Assembly (NCBI RefSeq): GCF_009914755.1
Contig: NC_060930.1
Direction: 5' to 3' (one strand)
From: the human T2T-CHM13v2.0 reference genome, Homo sapiens
DNA: 64,000 nt
A program made the translations under genes and the position numbers. The first letter of the stretch is position 1. Each line of letters opens with the position of its first letter. The notes under the pieces were generated by a model that made no database searches, had not been told where the DNA came from, and saw only the letters and a list, made by a program, of their open reading frames with translations. This document shows positions 24,390 to 37,594 of this stretch, one piece after another.

Positions 24390-27300
24390 GTTTGGCTGTA
24401 CTACTAATGGGCCTGAGGTGGTGGTCGCCATGGGGTGAGGCTCTTCTGCCTTTGGCAAGGGGAGGAACGAGTGGGAAGGATTGTGCCTTGTGGTTTGACT
24501 GCCAGCTCAGCTGCAGTACAGCAGAACACCAGATAGACTTCAAAGGTATTTGGCTCTAGCTCCTGGCTCCTGGTTGGCACCTCTGTATGCCCCTAGGGCC
24601 TGGGGTAACTTTCTGTCCCAAAGGGAAGGACATAGGCCTGACTAGAATTGTCATCTGCTGATTTTAGAGTGCCAGGGTTTTGAGCAACCATAGGCAGTAG
24701 TTAGGGAGTCATTAGAGCAGGCTTTGGGCAAGACCCAGTGCTGTGCTGGTTTCAGGTCTGACTCAACTCAGTCTTAGGGGTGATGGCCACACAGGTGCTT
24801 ATGTCACTCCACCCCTAGGTCCAGGTAGCTCAGAATAAAGAGAGACTCTGCTTGCTTGGGAGAAAGTAAGGGAGGAGAACAAAAGTCTGTCTGGTAATCC
24901 AGAAAATTATTTTGGATCTTGTCCAAGACCATCAAGGAAGTACCTCTACAAGTCTGCTGGAACCACAGCACTTCTGGATTTGGGTTTCCCCCTAAAGCAG
25001 ATACAGCTTAGATCACAATAGCCAAGTCCTTTAGAATTTCTGGAAAGTTTTCCCAAGAAGGGCAAGTAAGCCCAGACTGCAAAGACTAAAAGAAATCCCT
25101 ACTTCTTCAATGCCCAGACACTGAAGAATATCTACTAGCATCAACACCATCCAGGGAAACATAACCACACCACATAAACTAAATAAGTCACCAGGTACCA
25201 ATCCTGGGGAAACAGAGATATGTTACCTTTCAGACAGATAATTCAAAACAGCTGTGTTGAGGAAACTCAATGAAGTTCAAGATAACACAGAGAAGGAATA
25301 CAGAATTCTATCAGATACATTTAACAAAGAGATTGCAATAATTTAAAATACAGGAGAAATTATGGAGTTGAAAAATACAACTGAAGAATGCATCAGAGTC
25401 TTTTAATCACAGAATTAATCAAGCAGAAGAAAGAATTAGTGAGCTTGAAGACAGGCTATTTGAAAATACACAGTCAGAGGAGACTGAAGAAAAAAGAATA
25501 AAAAACAATAAAGCATGCCTACAGGATACAGAGAGTAGCCTTAAAAGGGCAAATCTAAGAGGTATTGGCCCTAAAGAAGAGATAAAGAGATAAGGGTAGA
25601 AAGTTTATTCAAAGGGATAGTAACAGAGAACTTCCCAAACCTAGAGAATAATATTAATATCCAAGTACAAGAAGGTTATAGAACACCAAGCAGATTTAAC
25701 CTCAAGGTATTTAATAATCAAACTCCCATAGATCAAGGAGAAAGAAAGGTTCCTAAATGCAGCAAAAGAAATGAAACAAATAAAATACAATGGAGCTCCA
25801 ACGCATCTGGCAGCAGCAGAATTTTCAGTGGAAACCTTACAGTCCAGGAGAGAGTGGCATGACATAATTAAAGTGCTGAAGGAAAAAAACCACACACACT
25901 TTACTCTAGGATAGTATATCTGGTGAAATTATCCTTTAACATGAAGGAGAAATAAATACTTTCCCTGATAAAGAAAAGCTAAGGGCTTTCATACCTCAAG
26001 AAATGCTAAAAGGAGTGCTTCAATCAGAAAGAAAAGGATATTAATGAGCAATAAGTAATCACCTGAAGGTATAAAACTCACTGCTAATAGTAAACAGAAA
26101 AGCACAGAACATTATAACACTGTAACTGTAGTGTGTAAACTACTCTTATCCTAAGTAGAAAGACTAAACCATGAACCAATCAAAAATAATAACTACAACG
26201 CTTTTCAAGACATAGACAGTACAGTAAGATATAGTGACAAAAAATGTTAAAAAGAAGAGTAACGAAGTTAAAGTGATGAGTCTTTACTAGTTTTCTTTTT
26301 GCTTGTTAGTTTGTTTAGGCAAACAGTGCTAAGTTATTATCAGCTTAAAATAATGGGTTATAAGACAGTATTTGCAAGCCTCACGGGTAACCTCAAAACA
26401 AAAAACATGCAATGGATACACAAAAAATAAAAAGCAAGAAATTAAATCACATCACCAGAGAAAAATCACCTTCACTAATGGAGGACAGGAAGGAAAGGAA
26501 AGGAAGCGAAGACCACAGAGCAACCAAAAACAAATAACAAAATGGAAGGAGCATGTCCTTATTTATGAATAATAACACTGAATGTAAATAGACTAACATC
26601 TCCAATCAAAAGACATAGAGTGGCTGAATGAATTTTAAAAAAAGAGAGAGAGAGAGAGACCCACTGATCTGTTGCCTATAAGAAACACTCCACCTATAAA
26701 GACACACATAGACTGAAAATAAAGAGATGGAAAAAGATATTCCATGCCAATGGAAACCAAAAAAAGACCAGGAGTTTTACTAACATCAGACAAAGTAGAT
26801 TTCAAGACATTTATTAATATAAGAAGAGACAAAGAAGGTCCTATACAATGATAAAGGGGTCAATTCAGCTGGAGAATACAATAATTGTAAATATATGCAC
26901 CCATCACTGGAGCACCCAGATATATAAAGCAAATATTATTAGAGCTAAAGAGAGAGATAGATCCCAATACAATAATAGTTGCACATTTCAACACCCTGCT
27001 TTTAGCACTGCACCGATCTTCTAGACTGAAAATCAACAAAGAAACATCAGACTTAATCTGTACTGTAAACCACATGAGTCTAATAGATATTTACAGAACA
27101 TTTCACTCAATGGCTGCAGAATACACATACTTTTTCTCAGCACATGGTTCTTTCTCAAGAATAGATCATATGTTAGGTCACAAAACAAGTCTTAAAATAT
27201 TTTTAAAAATTGAAATAATATCAAGCATCTTCTTTAATGACAATGGAATAAAACTAGAAATTAATACCAAGAAGAATTTTGAAAAGTACACAATTACATG

Positions 27301-28638
27301 GAAATTACATAATATGCTCCTAAATCACCATTGGATCAATGAATAAATTAAGAAGGACATTGAAAAGATTTTTGAAACAAATAATAATGGAAACATAGAC
27401 CAAAACCTATGGGATACAATAAAAACAATATAAGGGGAAAGTTCAAAGCTATAAGTGCCTACATCAAAAACGAAGGAAAACTCTAAATAAACAGCCTCAC
27501 AATACATCTTCAAGAACTGGAAAAGCAAAAGCAAAAGCAAACCAAACCCAAAATTAGTAGAAAAATGAAATCATAAAGAACAAAGCAGAAATAAATGAAA
27601 TAAGGAAAATAATACAAAAGATCAATGAAACAAAAAGTTGGTTTTTTTGAAAAGTTAAACAAAATTGACAAGCCTTTAGCTAGACTAAGATAAAAAGAGA
27701 GAAGATTCAAATACATAACATCAGAGATGAAAAAGAAGACATTGCAACTGATACTGCAGATATTCAAAAGATAGTGGCTACTGTGAGCAACTATATGCTA
27801 GTATATTGGAAAATCTAGAACAAATGGATAAATTCCTAGACACATACGACTTACCGAGATTGAACCAGGAAGAAATCCAAAGCCTGAACAGACTAACAAG
27901 TGAAGAAATTGAAGCTGAAATAAAAATGTTCCCAGTAAAGAAAAGCCTGGGACCCAATGGCTTGACTGCTGAATTCTACTAAACAGTTAAAGAAATAATA
28001 GCAATACTACTCAAACTGTTTCAAAAAATGGAGGGGGAAAGAATACTTCCAAACTCATTCTATGAGGCTAGTAGGCATATGAAAACATGCACAATATCAT
28101 TGATCATCACACAAATGCAAATCAAAACTACAGTGAAATATCATCTCACCGCAGTTAAAATGGCTTGTATCCAAAAGACAGGCAATAACAAATGCTGATG
28201 AGGCTGTGAAGAAAAGGGAACCCTCATACACTGTTGGTGGAATGTAAATTAGTAAAACAACTATGGATAACAGTTTGGAGGTTCCCCAAAAATCTAAAAA
28301 GAGATCTACCGTATGATCTAACAATCCCACTGCTGGGTATATACCCAAAAGAAAGGAATTCAATATATTGAAGAGATAACTGCCACTACTATGTTTGTTA
28401 CAGCTCTGTTCACAATAGCCAAGATTTGAAACCAACCTAAGTGTCCATCAACAGATGAATGGATAAAGAAAAGGTGGTCTGTATACACAATGAAGTACTA
28501 TTCAGCCATGAAAAAAAAAGATTCAGTCATTTGCAACAACATGGATGGAACTGGAGGACTGGTGGTCTTTATGTTAAGTGAAATAAGCCAGGCACAGAAA
28601 AACAAACATTGATTGTTCACATTTATTTGTGGGATCTA

Positions 28639-29066
<428 letters not shown>

Positions 29067-29384
29067 GAATGAATGAATGAATAATGCTTAGTATTTGACA
29101 GCACAAAGGGTGACTAGAGTTAATAATAATTTAATTGCACATTTTTAAAATAACTAAAAGAGTGTAATTGGATTGTTTGTAACACAAATGATAAATGCTG
29201 GAAGGGATGGATACTCCATCTTCCATGATGTGATGGTTACACATTGCATGCCTCTATCAAAACTTCTCCTGTACCCCATACATACATATACCTACTATGT
29301 ACCCACAAAAATTAAAAAATAAAAATGGGTTCATGCTATATATACTGTTTCATAATCTGGTTTATTCTATTGCATTCATCTGTG

Positions 29385-29550
29385 TTATTTTTATTAAAGC
29401 ACTTATAGGAAATTATCTTGCACTCACTAGTAGGTAAGCTCTGTGAGAATAGAGAATTTTAACTGTCTTGCTCACTACTTTATCCTCAGTAGCTAGAAGA
29501 GTTCCACACACAAAGCAGAGGTTGAGTAAATATAAATTCTGAAAGAACAG
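29385..29550 (+). mobile_element. L2 3' end fragment
   Basis: 'gtaagctctgtgagaatagaga...gtcttgctcactactttatcctcagtagctagaagagtt...agtaaatat' resembles the L2 3' terminus. Confidence 0.6.
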
Positions 29551-29569
29551 TTATTTTTCATTTAATTTG

Positions 29570-30300
29570 CTCTATGTAACTTAGTGGTTAGAAGGTATAT
29601 CACTATGAAGAAATAGAAATTTATTCAACCACTGATCCAGTGTTTTATGTTTGATTTTGTTTCCAAAGTTTTCACTACTGACACAATGCTCTACATTCTT
29701 GTAGCTAATCTTGGTACCTATCCCTTAATATTCCCTTGATTTAAATTTCTAGATATGAGATTAATGGGTCAAAGGGTATGCATATTTTAAGTATTTTTAT
29801 TTACTTTTCCATATTGAGATCTACAACCCTTTTTTCTCTTCTATCAGCTTCGCATGAGGACTATCTTGAATCTTTGCCAACACTGTGTATTACTGTTTAC
29901 CAATGCCAGTTTGAAAGATGAAAAATGGCTTCTAATTTTTTATATTTGCATTGCTTAGGTTATTAACAATTTTGGACTTTATCGTGGTAATTTATGAATT
30001 GCTCTTTATATATTTGTTCAGTTTTAATGCAGTCATTGTCTTTTGCTCACTGATTTCATGAAGATTTTCAAATTATAAAAGCATTAATCATTTTCCTCTC
30101 ATGTCATAAATATTCTCCCCAGTTTTTAATTTCCCTTTTACTCAAACTGATAATTTTCTAATGATCTTCAAACTTAGTTTATCAATTTCTAGCATCTCAG
30201 AAGCTCATGTGAAGAAATCTCAAGTTTAAAATAGTTTTCCTTTTACTGCCGATTTTTTGTTGTGTTTCTTGTATGTTCTTTTGAATTAACTTCTTTAAAG
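29570..30300 (-). mobile_element. Ancient L1ME-like fragment, antisense
   Basis: 'taaatttctagatatgagattaatgggtcaaagggtatgcatattttaa' is typical antisense L1ME. Confidence 0.6.
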
Positions 30301-30577
30301 AAATACAATTAATTTCTGTGGATTTATACAAAATATTTGGAAAAAATCACAATACATAATTTTGAACATAACATAGATGTCAATGGAATAGTGAGGTTAG
30401 ATAGCACTGCAGTTTCGCTCATACATGAGCAGTGTTGATAGATCACATTACGCCAACTCAGAAGCAGTCATCTTTACCTACTATGTGCACTTTATCCCTG
30501 ATCATGCCGGTTTCTGACAACTGCTAATTAAAGTGCTAACGACATCAGAGATATGCACACAAATCTATGGGTGAAAC

Positions 30578-30956
30578 TGAGGTAGAAGGCAGGACTCGGC
30601 ACAGGAGGTAGGTCTTGACTCCAGAGGTGGGGCTCAGACATCAAACCAAATTGAGGACTAGCTAAAACAGGGACACAGCAAAAGCAGCTTTCCACAAGAC
30701 ACTCCCATTCGTGTGCCATGTCAGTTTACCATGGCCATGGCAACATCCAGATTTTACCACCTCTTTTCATGGCAATGACTTGATGACCAGAAGTTGCTAC
30801 CCTTTTCTATAGATTTCTGCATAATCTGCCCTTTAATTTGCATGTGATTAAAAGTGGATGTAAATATGACTGCAGAACTGCCCTCGAGCTGCTGCTCTGG
30901 GCACACTACCTGTGGGGTAGCCCCACTTCACAAGGAGCAGGACCTCTCCTGCATCA
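30578..30956 (+). mobile_element. ERV1 solo LTR, MER66-like, internally deleted
   Basis: TG...CA termini; 'accaaattgaggactagctaaaacaggg', 'ccatggcaac'; 4-bp TSD aaac at 30574-30577 and 30957-30960. Confidence 0.8.
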
Positions 30957-32348
30957 AAACCAAGCTGAAGAGGACAGCACATTTACATGGACAGCAAGAT
31001 TTCAAGAAGATTTTCATAGACTGTATCACAAAACAATAATAGGATGCTTTTCTGACTCATCTCCAGTGAAACTGCGTGTTAATAGGCACCTACTGTGTCC
31101 ATATTCCAAAATTAGGTATGATATTCACCAGGTTGGACTTCCAAAGGGGTCCCAGAAACCTGTTTTGTACATTCTTAGTCCTCACTACGTTAAAGATACA
31201 TGAGGGTAGGAATAAGTGATCAGAAGGATCATTTACTTAAAGAAAACGTCCCCTCTGTTTCCTCTGCAGTGCCCCTCAGCAAGGAGTGCCTCCTGTAAAC
31301 ATTTATGAACAGAGGTTGCCAGGACCCCTTTGCAGAGGTCAATATTGCATTCCCTGGAATCTTATCTATCTGACAGTGTCATGAGGTAGTGGATGTGAGA
31401 GAGAACTTGGATTTTCCCTGGATCTTCTCTGGGTAAAATATTTGGAATGGAAAGATGACCTCAACTGACGCATGGACCACAAAAGACTAAGGCACACATG
31501 GCTGGGTCAAGAATGCTGAAGGCAAAAGCTCCTCAGCTGTGGGCTGCAGGGTTCCTGCAAGACTCACAAATGAGCAAAGAGAATGAGTCAGTAGATTACG
31601 TGTCAAACCTAGACAGAGGCACCTTCAGGTGACAATCATGTCCAGGAAGGTTTTAGGACAGGATCCGTTTCCAGCCCATTCTCTACTTTTTTCTGTTCTA
31701 CACCCGTAACTTTACAGGAATCAGAAAACAAAGTTCTTAAATAGGGTGGGGAATATTAGACCACAAAATCCCTTCCCTAACAACAGGATCCCTGTCTTCT
31801 AGCAAGCTTAAACCAATAGAGTTCATCTCCAATGAATTTTAGATGTTTTCTTTCTTCACCTGAATTAAACATTCTAATGATGGAACTGAGGCTATTCATG
31901 GACAGATAGAAATGACTGGAAAATTGTCTATCACTAAAGAGTGAACTGAAAATGTTTGCCTCTGTGCTCCACTTCGTTCACACGCAGGAGAAAAACTTGT
32001 CCCACGGAGTGGGTTTGAAAGCTCAGCGGGAACAGAAAAAGAGTAATTGTTTTCTGATCTACTGCAGATCCTTTTTTTTTTTCCAACATGATGGATATAA
32101 TTATAACCACAGACTCAAATCAGTGAGAGTATATTCAGAAGAAAAGATTTTAAGGATGGCTACCACATCAGACACCCCATTCGGTAAAAATTGCAAGGAA
32201 CTGAATTGTGGTTCATGAGTGTGTTGATTTAGGGATAATCATTGAACTGTTTAGTTATGATTTGTGTGCTTTTCTGTTTATAATGCAATCCAAAAAACTT
32301 TAAAAAATTACCTGGTTTGACAAGTCTATTTGAAAATGACTTTATATC

Positions 32349-32633
32349 GGCCGAGCGCGGTGGCTCACGCCTGTAATCCCAGCACTTTGGGAGGCCGAGG
32401 TGGGCGGATCACTAGGTCAGGAGATCGAGACCATCCTGGCTAACATGGTGAAACCCCGTCTCAACTAAAAATACAAAAAATTAGCTGGGCATGGTGGCAG
32501 GCGCCTGTAGTCCCAGCTACTTGGGAGGCTGAGGCAGGAGAATGGTGTGAGGAGTAGGTTTCAGTGAGCCGAGATCGCGCCACTGCACTGCAGTCTGGGC
32601 GACAGAGTGAGACTGTCTCAAAAAAAAAAAAAA
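32349..32633 (+). mobile_element. AluY-like element with a rearranged right arm and no visible TSD
   Basis: 'gagatcgagaccatcctggctaac', 'gaatggtgtga'; A14 tail. Confidence 0.93.
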
Positions 32634-32800
32634 GTAGTGTGCCTGGTGAAAGTTAAAACAGCTCTAAGTTCGCTGTGTTTGTGAGTGACACTCAGATACA
32701 AGGGCAGCTAAGAGCCCCTCACAGTTATCACATTCCTCGTGCTTAGAAATGTCCCAAAGTCTCACAATAGATATGCACATTGAAAAGGGGCTTCTATCAC

Positions 32801-33411
32801 TGTAAGTTACTCGGATGTGCTCTGGTCAAGGAATAGGCCGAGGTGAATATCCGGGCCCACATGACTCAGAGAGTTTGGCAGGGAGGAGCACACCTCCACT
32901 TGTTATATAACCTCTTTGTGTAAGTTTGTGCTTGGCTTGGAGCCACTATTGTCTGTAGAAGGTATAATTGCCCTGCTGATGCTGTGCACAGGGCTTGGCT
33001 CAGTTCAGTGTGGCTTGACGTGGCAGGCACACTGGCACCCAGAGAAAGAGAGAGAACCAGAGCTGTCTGTCTTGCAGATGGACAGAGGGGAGCCAGGGCA
33101 TGGGTCAGCATGACACAGCACAGCACGGCTTGCACTCATGCCCAGAGAGAGAAAGAGTTAAGCTGCTGACCCTGAAGGCAGAGGAGAGCTGGCCGCGCAG
33201 CCGTGTGTAGGAGCCGCTGTCTCAAGGAGCCAAGACAGGGTACACAGTGTAAAGAGCTAGTGTGAGAAAGCTGTTGATGAGAGCTGACGCTGAATAAAAC
33301 CATATTCACCTGCAGACGACCTCCCTCTCCCTTCCCCAGTGTTCTTTCTGCCCATCCACCCACTCCCTTCAGACCACAGCATGGGCTGGACCTGGACCCC
33401 GGGATCTAACA
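32801..33411 (+). mobile_element. ERVL solo LTR, LTR18B-like
   Basis: 'tgtaagttactcggatgtgctctggtcaaggaataggccgagg...tgactcag...cacacctccacttgttatataacc'; AATAAA near 33293; TG...CA ends; TSD atcac/atcag. Confidence 0.85.
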
Positions 33412-33977
33412 ATCAGCAAAAAAAAAAAAAGTTAAAAAAACAAACTTAAAAATTTCCAGTTAGGAACCTTGCAAGCATCTTTCCCAAATCATACCTGCTT
33501 CATCAGCACTTAAACGCCAAGAAAATCTGCAGCAATCAAAGTTAAAGCACCTTTTCTCTCATCTGGGCTGCTTCTCTTTCTGTTTCTCTTGCCCCTCCTC
33601 TGGGCAAATCAAGCTTCACTAAGTGAAGCGGGAGTCCCGCCTTCTAGCAAACAGTCTGTAGCTATAGCCAAGGAGAAATATAGCCCCAGGGATATAGATG
33701 GGAAATGAAATCACCTGGCCCCTGACTCAGTCCATCTCCCAGGCTAACTGGGAGCTACTGGATACAGGCATCAGGAAGGTGATGTGAAAGATGCCGCAGG
33801 TGAAAGAGAAGAAGAACGCGGAGCACCTGAGCAGCTGTGGAGCCTCGGATTCGTTGGAAGGCACATTCTTGGAAGAATAGGTGGGCTTCAACTGAATGTC
33901 GTCCTAACAGAATCAGGGCTCACCTTGGTGTACATTGTGAGTTTTTAGAGAAGCCTGGATTTTAAAGCAGTCTGGAT

Positions 33978-34336
33978 TTTTTTTATTTGTATAAACTTAT
34001 TGGGTACAAGTGCAATTTTGTTCCATGCGTAGATTGTGTAATGTGTAAATCAGGGTGTTTGGTGTAATAACTAACTATTAAAGTAATTTCTCATCATCCA
34101 ACCCCTCTCACTCTCTCACTTTTCTGAGTCTCCATTGTCTATGATTCAACTCTCTGTGTCCATGTGTACACATTTTTTAGCTCCAATTTAGGAGTGAGAA
34201 CATGCAATATTTGTCTTTCTGTATTTGACTTGTTTCACTTCAGATAATGGCCTCCAGTTCCATCCATGTTGCTGCAACAGACAGGATTTCATTTATTTTT
34301 ATGGTGAATAGTTTTTATTGTGTATATGTAACATTT
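33978..34336 (-). mobile_element. L1PB-like 3' end fragment
   Basis: 'gtgagaacatgcaatatttgtctttctg...ataatggcctccagttccatccatgttgctgcaa'. Confidence 0.8.
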
Positions 34337-34356
34337 ATATTTTATATTTATATTTC

Positions 34357-34652
<296 letters not shown>

Positions 34653-34937
34653 ACCATTTATATTTCTTGACGTTTAAATGTTGTCACCTAATTTAAAAAA
34701 TGATTTGGTCCAGTGTATGTGGGCCACACTGTCATCTGTAGGTCAAATGTAGCCATGAGTGCCCAAGTTTTCATCTCACAATGCTGAAACTTGATTCAGT
34801 TGACATAGAAAAGCCTGAATTCAGCATACAAAAGATATTTGTGCCAAAATAGAATGTAAGAAATTATAAAATGTAGGGGTAGCACAGATCCCAGATGAGT
34901 CCTCCCCTACTTGTCTACCAAATGATGTCTTAAGCCA

Positions 34938-36876
34938 GCAGTTCTCAAAGTAAAGGCTATGGGCCCTTGAGAGTCCCAGAGACCCTTTTATGGTGTATTT
35001 ATTTCTATTTCTAAATTTTCGATTCATGTCAAACAAGTTACTGCAAACTTTTTGGCTTAACACAGCACACATTTATGGTCTAACAGTGTCCATGGGTCAG
35101 GAGTCCAGGTAAAATGTGAACAGTCCCTGTCCTGGGTCTCCCAAGGCCACCATCAATGTGTTGGCAGGTCTGCCTACTGGATATTCCAGGGGAAAGCCAT
35201 GTGTAGCCTCATTCATGTTGTTTGCAGAATTGGCTTCACACAGTCATAGGACTACAGTCCTGTTCCCATGCTGGGTGTTGATCCAGGGTTGTTTTCCACT
35301 TCTAGTTAGTTCTAGCATCTTCTAGTTGCTGCCTGCCTTCCTTGGCTATGACCTCCTCCATCTCCAAAGCCAGCAACAGTGGGTGAAGTTCTCATGTTTC
35401 AAACTTTCTGAGATCTGCTCTCCTCTCCCGTCCACAGCTCCTGTAATGAGATTGGGCACATCCAGGCCATCTTCTATTTTACTGTCCGCATAACACAATC
35501 CAGGAAGTGAAATCTCAGCATGTTCACAGATCCTAAGGACTCAACTATGGAACCATGGGGGCTGCCCATAGAAACTCCACCTATGCACAAGGGTGATGTG
35601 CATCAAGACTAATTTTATAGTAATGATAAGTCATCACCTTTTTATTAACACTATGTTGCCACTTGCCCTTGGAAGCAGTCGCAGTGAATTTGCCCATCCC
35701 TTAGAAGCAAGAATCAAGTTGGTAACACCAAACGAAACTCAATGAATTCTCCATGGCCACAACCCATGATTCAAGAAAATGCTAAATGTCTTTGATAAAG
35801 AGTCAAAATGTATCAATTTATTAAATCTCAATCCTTGCATCCCATCTTGTAATACTGAAAAATGAAATGAGAAGTATGCCTAAAGCATTTGTCGCAAGGT
35901 AAAGCACTTACAGAACAGTTTGAGAGGCAAATTGAACTGCCTGCTTTTTCATGAATACTTAACCGAATGACCCAGTCGCTTATTGCAGGTATTAATATTT
36001 GACTATTTAACTGGCATTTTGTTTAATTCGTATGAAAGTTCTTATCAAAGGAAAACAACTGATAGTATTTACTGCCAATGATAAAAATTGAGCCTTCAAG
36101 TTTAATTTAGTATTTTGGAAAAGAACTATCAATCCACCTCAGCTTAAATACTTCTTAATATTTCAGAGATTTGATAAGACCTGTGGTGATATTTAACAAA
36201 TGTGATTTTAAAAAAATATTCTACAATAAAATATACCATGTTTTAAAGATCTGTAGACCTAACTAAACCAGTATTTTCCAAATGATCAAAATCATGCATA
36301 GGTAAAGATCCATTGAAATTTACAAGATAGACCAAAATAAGAACAATAAATGAGAAGCTTGTTGAAATTGCTATATATTTTACATTGCAATTCAACTTTG
36401 AGAAACTATGATTTGCTGAGTTTTGGTGTAATATTAAAGAAGAATAGTCACAATTTTCTAGGCAAGCTACATATACTTCTCCCTCTTTCAGATACATATC
36501 TGTGTGAGACCAAATTTTCCTTATAAATTTCTACTAAAACTACATATTTCAATGGAAGAAATGCAGAAGCAGATGAGAATCCATCTGTCTTCTATTATGA
36601 CAGATATTAATAGATTTCAAATGGAAAACAATGCCACTTCTCTAACTGCTACTTTCTTTTAATAAAAATAGTCATTTTTCATAAAATAACCTGATGTCAA
36701 CAATTATTATTGCTATTTTAAAATATATTAATAAATATATATTTTACATTTATGTTTGAATTTCAAATACAGTATTTATTAAGAAGTATAATCTTCAAAA
36801 ACAGAAATTGCTTGGTGTTCTAAGTAACTTTTAAAACCAGAAAGTGTCCTGAGACTAAAATATTTCAAAAGTGGTA
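34938..36876 (+). mobile_element. Charlie1a-like hAT DNA transposon interrupted by an MLT1 LTR
   Basis: 5' TIR-like 'cagcagttctcaaagt...gtcccagagaccctttt'; resumes at ~35590; 3' 'gtcctgagactaaaatatttcaaaa'. Confidence 0.7.
34994..35589 (-). mobile_element. MaLR solo LTR (MLT1E-like) nested in Charlie1a
   Basis: 'ggcttaacacagcacacatttat...gggtcaggagtccagg...ggtctcccaaggccaccatcaatgtgttggcagg'. Confidence 0.7.
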
Positions 36877-37037
36877 CCTGAAACCCATTAGACCTCTCAC
36901 ACTAACTTAATAACCAATAAGCTACTCTCTCTTCCAGGAATTCTTCTCAACAAATTCCTCTCAACTTCTTGCAAATAGCCAACTCTTTGTGGATAGTCAA
37001 GACTCATCTTTTACATTTTATTCTGCAGAAAGCCTCC

Positions 37038-37594
37038 TGTGATGGTTAATATTGAGTGTTAACTTGATTCGGCTGAAAGTATGCAAAGTATTGTTCCTGG
37101 GTATGTCTGTGAGGGTGCTGTCAAAAGAGATTAACATTTGAGTCAGTGGACTGAGAGAGGCAGACCCACCATTAATCTGGGTGGGCACCATCCCCTTGGC
37201 TGCCAGCATGGTTAGAAAAAGCAGACAGAAGAAAGTGGAATGAGCAGACTTGCTGAGTCTTCTGGCCTTCATCTTTCTCCTGTGCTGGATGCTTCCTGAC
37301 CTGGAACATCAGACTCCAAGTTCTTCAGCTTCTGGACTCTCGGACTTACACCAGTGATTTGCCAGGGCATCTTGGGCTCTTGGGCCTTCAGCCACAGACA
37401 GAAGGCTGCACTGCCAGCTTCCCTACTTTTGAGGTTTTGGGACTCAGACTGGCTTCCTTGCTCCTCAGCTTGCAGATGGCCTATTGTGGAATTTCACCTT
37501 ATGATCGCATGAGTCAATTCTCCTTAATAAATTCCCCTTCATATATACATCTATCCTATTAGTTCTGTCCCTCTAGAGAACCCCGACTAATACG
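37038..37594 (+). mobile_element. MLT2A (HERV-L) solo LTR
   Basis: 'tgtgatggttaatattgagtg...ccctctagagaaccccgactaatacg'; TSD cctcc/cctca; reverse complement of the provirus LTRs. Confidence 0.93.
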
